NCBI RefSeq assembly: GCF_009914755.1
Contig: NC_060926.1
Source of the DNA: the human T2T-CHM13v2.0 reference genome, Homo sapiens
Strand: one strand, 5' to 3'
DNA length: 64,000 bases
This document shows, one piece after another, positions 54,861-64,000 of this stretch; positions within the stretch are counted from its first letter, which is position 1; each line of letters starts with the position of its first letter. Under the pieces are notes generated by a model. That model was not told the origin of the DNA, did not search any database, and saw only the letters and a list, made by a program, of their open reading frames with translations. The translations under genes and the position numbers were made by a program.

Positions 54861-56399
54861 CTAACCTTTTTTGTTTAAATAAGCAACCGTAGAAGTGAAG
54901 AAGCACGCACAGGGTCCCTATTAAGTGACTTCTGACAGAAGAAAATGTAATTCCCACCTGCAGTGGCACCACAGGAGACATCTTAGCCCTGAGTTCTGGT
55001 CTGTGCTGCCCTCTCTCAGTCTTTGCAACAGGCTGGGGCAGCTTGACTCCCAGCCATCAATCACGGGCTGACTGAAATCTGGCACCTCCATTTGCAGATA
55101 GAACAGCTCCCCAGGTCTCCTGAGCTCTGGTCTGAGACAGATGTAGAGTCTGTTGTTTTCATAGTAGCAGCTTTGTGGCCTGAACTCCTGAATCCCAGTT
55201 CTGGCCTGATCGCAGTCCATAGTTCCACACTAAGAGAAGTACGGCTGCTTTGGACACACGAGGCCTCTTCTTTCTAACTTTTATTAATACTATGGTTGAA
55301 TGTCTTGCTTGTAGCGTTAGCCTTCAGGCTTCAGTTCAGACTGACATCGAGAAGCACGGCAAGTCACGGAAACATCTCAGGGTTTGATGGTAAATGCTTA
55401 TGTCTCCCCTTGAAAAAGGAAGTTCACGTGTCTGGAGCGAAGAGTCTTTACGGTTGCAGTCTGATACCACAAAGAGGTTACCCGTAAGATTGTCTGGGTC
55501 TTCCTGGTTGCCCTGAGTGAGAGAGCAGAGTGCTTTGGCAGAGACTTACAAGAGACATTCAAGATTTTTGCTCTGTCAAAACAAAGCTGAATGTTAGGAG
55601 ATAGGCAATATTTAACACGGACAGGTCTGCTTATGCCAGCCACTTCAGGGAGGTGGGCAAGAACGTTGCTTAAAGGCTCTGGATGCCTAGTGCCAGTTAC
55701 AGAATGCTCATGGGAGGTGTCCCTGGCGTAGTTGAGAGCACCCATTATGGGATGGATGCTGCAAAAGACGGGAAAATCCTTGGGGTGGCAACTGGATAAA
55801 GGCAGATATAGTAAGTGTAGATGAGGGGAATTGGAGCAACATTCTTACACATGGGATGAATTGCAATCTGGAGATCTTCAGAGGAGGAGCCATTTGAAAA
55901 TGCTGTTGAGGAAGAGTCTGGTCCTGAGAACTGTTGTGGCCTTAATGTCGATGTTGAAGTTTAGTATATGGATGGTATCACACTCATGTGAAGAGAGAAC
56001 AGAAGCAGCAGCAGGAGAAATCCAGGGTTTGGGCAGCTCTGCTCCTCTGAGACATCCTCGCTGATAGGTCCTGACAGATTGGGAGCCTTACAGGGCAGAG
56101 CTTTGCAGATGGACCAAGTGGGTCCATGGGAGAGAAGACTTCCAGAGAACATGTTTGCAGCATTGAAAGCCCTCCCTACATGGAGACTACCTTTAACTTG
56201 TGTGCAAAAAAAAAAAAAACAAAAAAAAAACAACAAAAAAAACTGTCTTTGGGATTGGCTTACACCAACCCAGTGGGTACTAAAAGGCAGTGGAAGTTGG
56301 ACCAGCCATGAATGACCTTACAAGAGCTGATGAAAACCAGCAAAAACTGCTTAAGCATTTAAGAGGAATATTAGGTGTGAAAACAAACTGTTTTAAAGA

Positions 56400-57540
56400 A
56401 GGAATAATGATAAAGCTTTGTGCTTTTTCCTTGCAAAATCAGCGAGTTCCTTAAGCTCCTTGTCCCATGCTCAATTCTGTATGGGAATCGGGAACCTTGA
56501 GCCAGTTTCCCAACTGTATGATCATGTGGATGTTAGTACTAAAGATTCCTGAAAGAAAGGCGTCTGCTTTTCAATGATTTCTGGCAAAGTTTTTGGTTTG
56601 AAAGCCTAGACAGTAAAACTACATTATAACCATGTACAGACTGACACCTGAGAAGGCATTCTGGTGAATGTGGATGAACAGGGTTCTGCTGAGCTGGTAT
56701 CCTTGGGAATCCAGATTTCATTCAAGGACAGGATATGATCTATTGCAAAGAAAAGTTCATGAGCAGTCTTGCCATGCACGTTATCCTGGGTTAGGGCGTG
56801 GAGGGGAGGATGGTATATCTGAGAGCTATTTGATAACATTCCAGTTCAGGGAAGCCGTACGAACATGATTATTCTCTTTGCCCCCTGATAGGCCACACGA
56901 AGTTTAAGATAGCTGTGAAACAGTAGATATGGATTGGTTATAAATATTTCCAAGAAACTTACCCAGCAATATGAAAACAGCAAAGAAGAAAAACCTTCTA
57001 GGGTGAAGGATCATGTAGTTTAAATTCCTCGATGAGCAGCCTTCACTACCAGATAAAGGTTTTAGTTATAAGGGCCCAAGAGTTTATAAGAAACAAGCAA
57101 ATTCAAGGACATTTCTGGGTGTTGAGACTGATTTTAAGAAATCAATACTGTATGGCTCCAGAATATTCTGGAGTCAGACTGATTTTTTTTTTCCCTAGGG
57201 AAAGGTAATACAAATGAATTTATTGTTTGCATGTGGGGAAACTGTAAAGCAAAGAAAAAGAAAAGAGATGGTGCCTCCTCAGCCTTAGGATACCTTTGCC
57301 AGAAATTGAGGGTTTTAGTTGATTTTACTTCTGGATTGGGAAAGAATTTTGAGGAAATTAATCATTATTAGAACAGAAATGGTAGCTTTGATTCAAAATA
57401 AAATAGGCCCACGCAAAATACTGCTCATGAGATGTTTCCCAGGGACTTAAAGTAGAATGCTTTGTCTTCTCATGAATTAGATTCCTTATAGAAGAGTCCC
57501 CTTAATGTTGAAAATGACTGCATTGGAGTAAGTCCATCCC
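56400..57540 (+). mobile_element. Possible highly decayed Gypsy-like (MamGypsy-type) pol remnant
   Basis: Faint, collinear RT/RNase H-like motifs (see findings); not verified. Confidence 0.3.
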
Positions 57541-57574
57541 CACTTTGACATAAGGATCCATAAATACCTTTCTT

Positions 57575-57872
57575 TCTTTCTTTTATTTTTGAGATGGAGT
57601 CTCGCACTGTCACCCAGGCTGGAGTGGAGTGGTGCGATCTTGGCTTACTGCAAGCTCCGCCTCCCGGGTTCATGCCATTCTTCTGCCTCAGCTTCCCGAG
57701 TAGGCTGGGACTACAGGCGCCTGCCACCACGCCTGGCTAATTTTTTTGTATTTTTAGTAGAGGCGGGGTTTCACCATATTAGCCAGGATGGTCTTGATCT
57801 CCCGACCTCGTGATCCTCCCGCCTTGGCCTCCCAAAGTGCTGGGATTATAGACGAGAGCACTGCGCCTGGCC
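57575..57872 (-). mobile_element. AluY-type Alu
   Basis: gcaagctccgcctcccgggttcatgccattc; TSD core taaatacctttctt on both sides. Confidence 0.95.
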
Positions 57873-58207
57873 TGTAAATACCTTTCTTATATTTTATATG
57901 TGACATTTCTTAAAAAGGGCTTTGTGTTATTTTCTGTGATTTTAGTTCTGCATTGTTTGTTTTTGAATATCTCCTGAATATTAACCCTACTCTGGCTGCC
58001 CTAATTTCTTTTCATTCCCATACAAAGGAAGTAGAAGTTAATACATGACTGGAGAACAACTTTCTTTCCTAAGAGGTAGTTGCAGTATGGTTATATTAAT
58101 TCTTCTGACAAGCAAACTTTAAATCAAGAAATACGTACATGTATATATGTATGATGGCTGTGTGTATATATACACACATATATTCAATCAAGTATATATG
58201 TGTGTAT

Positions 58208-58833
58208 TTTTTTAACTTTTAGGTTTAGGGGTACATGTGAAAGTTTGTTACATAGGTAAACACGTGTCACGGGGTTTCGTTGTACAGATTATTTCATCAC
58301 CCAGGTATTAAGCCCAGTACCGTAGTTATCTTTTCTGCCCTTCTCCCTCCTTTTACCCTCCCACTTAAAGTAGACCCCAGGGTCTGTTGTTCCCTTCTTT
58401 GTGTTCATAAGTTCTTATCATTTAGCTCCCACTTACAAGTGTGAGAACATGTGGTATTCGGTTTTCTGTTCCTGCATAGTTTGCTAAGGATAATAGCCTC
58501 CAGCTCCATATATGTTTCTGCAGAAGACATGATCTCATTCTTTTTTATGGCTGCATAGTATTTCATGGCATATATGTACCATATTTTCTTTATCCAGTCT
58601 GTTATTGATGAGCATTTAGGGTGATTCCATGTCTTTGCTATCGTGAATAGTGCTGCAATGAACATTCATTCACGTGCATGTGTCTTTAAGGTAGAACGAT
58701 TTATATTCCTCTGGGTATATATCCAGTAATGGGATTGCTGGGTTGAATGGTAGTTCTGCTTTTAGCTCTTTGAGGAATTGCCAAACTGCTTTCCACAATG
58801 ATTGAACTAATTTATACTCCCACCAGCAGTGTT
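58208..58833 (-). mobile_element. L1PA/L1PB 3' end (5'-truncated)
   Basis: ggggtacatgtg..gtttgttacataggtaaacacgtgtcac...; flanked by tgt.tgtgtatttttt on both sides. Confidence 0.9.
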
Positions 58834-60064
58834 GTATGTGTATTTTTTAAAGTAATTTTTTTCGCAATTAAACATCATCTTTATTAAGCAAAGTACTATG
58901 CTATTAAAAGACTACAAAACTTCATTAGTACGTGGTTGACTACTCAGACTTACATGCAGTTTCTTAATATTTAGCATGGTATGCAAGTCAGGAAAAATAA
59001 TTCCCAAATCTCTCCCTGAGTAAATATAATTCGCATGGAGCTAACTTTGGTGATTATCATCGTTATTTCTCATTAGATCCACTTTCTGACCACTTAAATA
59101 CATTTTCCTTTAGTTCTGTTGGAAAACTTTCTAATTAGTCTGATTTTCTTCAGTGGAAATAAATTTTGTAAAGTCTTTTTTTTTTTTTTTTTTTTTTTTA
59201 GTTTCTTACATTATCCATACAGGAAGATCCATTAAGAAAAAGTCTTGTAGCCCAAACTGCACTTCACAAGTTTGCTTTTCCAAGGTTCTAGCTCTTTTTC
59301 TTACTGAATGAAAATATTTTAAATATGCAGTGTTTGGTGAAAAACATCATAATTACTTGTAAGTCCTTGTATCCTATAAACAGATTTAGAAAGCTTTGGC
59401 GAGAGAAAGAAAAGCATCCGGAGAGCAGGTGAAAGGGCGGTGGTCGTTCCTGTGTTGATGGTATCTGGGCTTCTTGTGTGGGATTGAGTGCTCTTCCCTA
59501 ACGAGGCCTGGAAGCACAGGCACCCACCAGCTGGGCTCCTTGTTTAACCAACACCCCTTAATGGCTACAGGTGCATCTCATGAGTGCAACTGCTTCACTC
59601 AGATCCAGCAGAAACCAAGAGCTCTTCCTCCCACGCTTTCAGCTTACATTCCATGGAGGAGCTGGCTGGAGCGCGCATCTGCTTTACTTTAGAAGGTTAC
59701 GGCGTAATCCTCCCCCAAACAAAATCTTTTGATTTATATTTTTGCCTTTATTCGTCAGTCAAAAATACTGTACTGACCTTTTGTGATTCGGTTAGGTACA
59801 TGCTTTCTGGTCCAAAGAGTTTTTTTGTTGTTGTTGTTTTGGTTTTGGTAACTGTAGAAATTTAATGAAAAGCACTTTCGTTAGTCTTTATAGGAGAGAG
59901 AAGGTGGTGGATATAGTTTTGTTAAGAATGATTCTCTCACCAATTTGACTTTCTCCCCTAACATTTTATTCATCCGAGAATAAATAATAAACATGGTAAA
60001 TCGTATAATATATGCATAGTTCTTTCTAGTTCTTCCCCCCACCCTGCCCCCCTCCACACACACA

Positions 60065-60265
60065 TCTTGTCATGGCTTCCTGTGGGTATAGTGGATTTTG
60101 CGTGTCCCCTTGACTCTGGGCTTGGCCATGTGACTTGCTTTGACCAATCGAGTGTGGGTGGAACGAGTCTATGGGTTCGGAGCGGGAGCTTCGTTCGAGA
60201 GGAATTGCGTATTTCCTCTCTTCCTTCTTCTACCATGAAAAAGGCAATGCCTCTGGTCTGCTGAC
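60065..60265 (+). mobile_element. MLT1-type MaLR fragment
   Basis: ccccttgactctgggcttggccatgtgacttgctttgaccaat. Confidence 0.65.
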
Positions 60266-62142
60266 CTGCCAACTCCCTTGAAATGTGTTGTTTTTCCTAG
60301 ATTACCATTTCAGCAGGGCAGATTTACTTTTTAAAACAATCTGGACAAATCAATCATTAGTCTTAGAACAGATGATAACTATTGTAATCAGACAGGTTAC
60401 CTTTTGGTAAAAGTGATACTATGGGTGACCTCACCTTCTGGCCACAGTGGACTGGAAAGCGGGTGGGCAGTTGACTCAAAACCAATCTGAGGCTGGCCAG
60501 CTGCCTGTAAGGTGGCCTGGCAGAGGCACTTTCCCAAACAGGGATGATGTTGACGAAATTAGATTAATCAGAATCTCTCTTAAGGAATTCCTAAGTTAGA
60601 ATTGAACAGTAAGTATCTGGAACAGACGTATAATACCAAAAAGAAACAGAAGTAGCCAATCCTACCACGTTAATGTTGGGTACAAGAATGAAGTTCAACA
60701 GCATTTCTGAAGGGGAGTAGGGATGGGGCAGCATATAGTGGGGTTGCTACAAGTGCTGTGGATTCTGAACATCTTTTCAGTTACTGAACTGTGTCTTAGC
60801 CTCCATGAGGTTTGGCTTATATGGCCAGCTGGTTCTGCGTTCTGGGTTTCTTGAGACGTCTATCTCCTTCTTGCTGTACACAACCGCAGTTGAACATCCT
60901 GTTGCTTGAGATAATGTGCACCCCCTTGTTTTGTAGGCAAGAGACCTCAGCTAATACAAGTTCTATTTCTACTCTGCTCTCTAACAGCTGCATGTCCTGA
61001 TTACACAAAGCACCAAAGCTTGACTTCTAGAGAGGGAAAACCCAGCTGCTCAACTTTTCCTCACTCTCTTTATAGCTTTTCCTCACTCCCTTTATAGCTC
61101 TTAGTCCTGTCCACATTCCCTCTTTCCACATAGAAAGAGGAGTGGGTGGGTCAGTTCCATCAGTTCCCTGAGACCCCTGCAACACTTGGAGAATTGTTCT
61201 GCCTGGCCTGCGGGTTACTAGGACCTGATGGTATTGCTGTATTCATGTCTAAGCTTCCACTGGAATTTTTAACAGAAACATTCTCAGGTCTGGGGGATTC
61301 TTGCCCACATGGAATGGAGAATGTTCACCTTCAGTCAGTGAGTGTGGATTGGGAAACCTTTTCAGTAAGATTCCTGGAATCCTATCATGCCTCCTGTTCA
61401 TTCATCTTTTTTTTTTTTGGTATGGGTTTTCTGGCAACCACAATGCAGTATGTGTGTAAGTACATAGCAGGCATGCTCTGCCATGTCTTGAACATGGAAA
61501 TCTAGCAAAATTAGATGCCTCTCTTTGAAGGGGTTTTTCAAAGACTATTAATGGAGAAAGTGATTCATGGTGTTTCTTGTCAGAGATCCCAGTTTCCAAA
61601 CCACATCTTAATATACCTTAAGAACATATACTCTGAGCAAGAAAATACAAACAGATGTGCTGAAGGCATTGTGAATTGTATTCTTGTTATCAAAGATCAG
61701 GTAGTTAGGAAATTTGGACATAGGCTTCTTTGTCCCAGCAAAGACATGAGGTAAGTTCCACCCTCCTCCTCCTCATCTATTTAGCACTTTCTGCATGCCA
61801 ACCATGGTACTAAGCACTTTATATGCATTAATTAAGTATGTTACATTATAATACTTGTATATTACTTGATTACTACTTAAAATGCATTCCTTAAGTTAGG
61901 AACCAAAAATTGAATTTAAAATTACAGAAATCAATCTTATTCATTGAAAAAAAGTACCACTTTAGCTCTTTGTGTAAGTTATCTTTAGGCAAGTGCAAAG
62001 TCAAGATTTGACTATATTTTAGATATTTTAAAATTGTATTATATTTTAGACTTTTAACACAATAACATGTTTTAAAAATTTGTTATGTGACTATAGAGCT
62101 GCTAACAAGAGGTGTTTAGCTTAACAAAAATTACTCAAATGC

Positions 62143-62442
<300 letters not shown>

Positions 62443-62954
62443 TCAAATGCAGAGTAAACCTTTCTAATCAGTGGGTTCCTACAGCTGGTTGATGTTCATT
62501 ATGATACCTGTCAAACAAAGTCAAACAATCAGGTTGTATGTGGAAATTATGGTGGAACCAAAGTCCACAGTAGAATCTTGCTTTATTCTAGAGTCTTTAA
62601 TAATAGTTATGATCTGAAAGCAAACATCTTAAGATGAGAATTTTCCTAGATTTAGAAGTGGTTATAGATTTTGCTGTGTAGTATATCATGGTTTAAATGT
62701 CACTACTGGTTTGAGCTTTTCTAACAGTTGCTCCAGTTAAAACTGACCATGTGTAAGTATTTTTTCTTTGATTTGCATAGAGTTTTACAGCCTATAAATT
62801 ATATCCATACAAATTATTTCACATGGCCCCTGCCACAGTCTTGTGAGGTAGATAGGTTGGATGGCGTTATTCTGAGTGTGTTTTTAGGCGCTCTGGATTT
62901 CAACATCCTAAAGGGTAGAACCTGTGGGTGGTTTTGTATTCTTTCCCTTTGAAC

Positions 62955-63100
62955 TTCTTATTATCAGTTTCTTTGTCTTCCAGATAAAGATCTTAAGACT
63001 TGTTCTGTAGGAGTGTTGTGAGAATGAAGTGAGATGAAGTCTATATAAGATATCTCGCATACTGCAGAACACATCACATAGGTGCTCAATCTATGCTTGT
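62955..63100 (+). mobile_element. MIR
   Basis: cagtttcttt...gtgttgtgagaatgaagtgagat...cataggtgctcaat. Confidence 0.7.
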
Positions 63101-63524
63101 TTCTCTCTCCCTCATCCTAATTTCCCAAGCGTATAGCATTCACATTCCTAAGTGTCATATATTTTTCATAGTAATGCTCATTACAAGTGTAGGAGAGGCA
63201 TTGGGGCGTATTGAGGAAAGAAAGAACAAGGGCTTGCATTAAAATCCCAGCTTCACTGTTCCCTAGCAGAATGACCGTGGTCAAGCTTCTGGTGAACATC
63301 TCTGGTTTCCTTGCTGGCAGAATGGATATGACTGCAGCTTACATGATTGTCATGTGTATTTGCTCTCTGCAGCCTAGTAGGCACTCAGTCCTTGTCTCTC
63401 GAGTCTGCCATTCATGTATACGGTGCTTTTGTGCATTTAGTATCGTCCATAATTTCTGTTGTTCTCAGAATTTGGGCCAAAAAAAAGCAGAAGGGAAGAA
63501 GAACATGTTATGTGTGTGTATGTT

Positions 63525-64000
<476 letters not shown>

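Noticed and set aside
59170-59246. Isolated T24 with aaagtctt on both sides, as a tiny retrocopy
   Set aside because: The putative TSD is short and low-complexity, there is no poly(A) signal, and no source is recognisable.
61054-61100. 22-bp tandem duplication cttttcctcactc.ctttatag
   Set aside because: Ordinary short slippage duplication with no evident significance.

Overview
Primate (almost certainly human) genomic DNA, AT-rich and about half interspersed repeats (Alu, L1, L2, L3/CR1, MIR, ERV1/ERVL/MaLR LTRs, Tigger and hAT-Charlie DNA transposons). The only protein-coding segment I can support is a 170-bp + strand internal exon at 48599-48768 (VTPLSSQSVVIHHGQTQEYVLKPKYFPAQKGISGEQSTEGSFPLRYVQDQVAAPFQ). 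I recognise it as the LTBP1 long-isoform exon (exon 4 by my recollection) just before the SNHTGRIKVVF segment shared with LTBP1S. The rest of the window is therefore the two flanking introns, and nearly all ORFs in the track are repeat-derived or chance. I see no new multi-gene system. The most notable structures are: (i) an Alu whose 3' end was replaced by an inverted ~170-bp copy of a neighbouring L1 segment, which preserves a microsatellite before its expansion; (ii) a 15-bp duplication of the exon's own splice acceptor 22 nt inside the exon; (iii) strong cryptic/poison-exon candidates, especially 37921-38107; (iv) a ~750-bp higher-order TGTATG array beside (TG)n and a possible recursive splice site; (v) a 223-bp tandem duplication; and (vi) a possible ancient Gypsy-like pol remnant. 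Repeat family names come from remembered consensus sequences, boundaries are approximate, and no database search was run.
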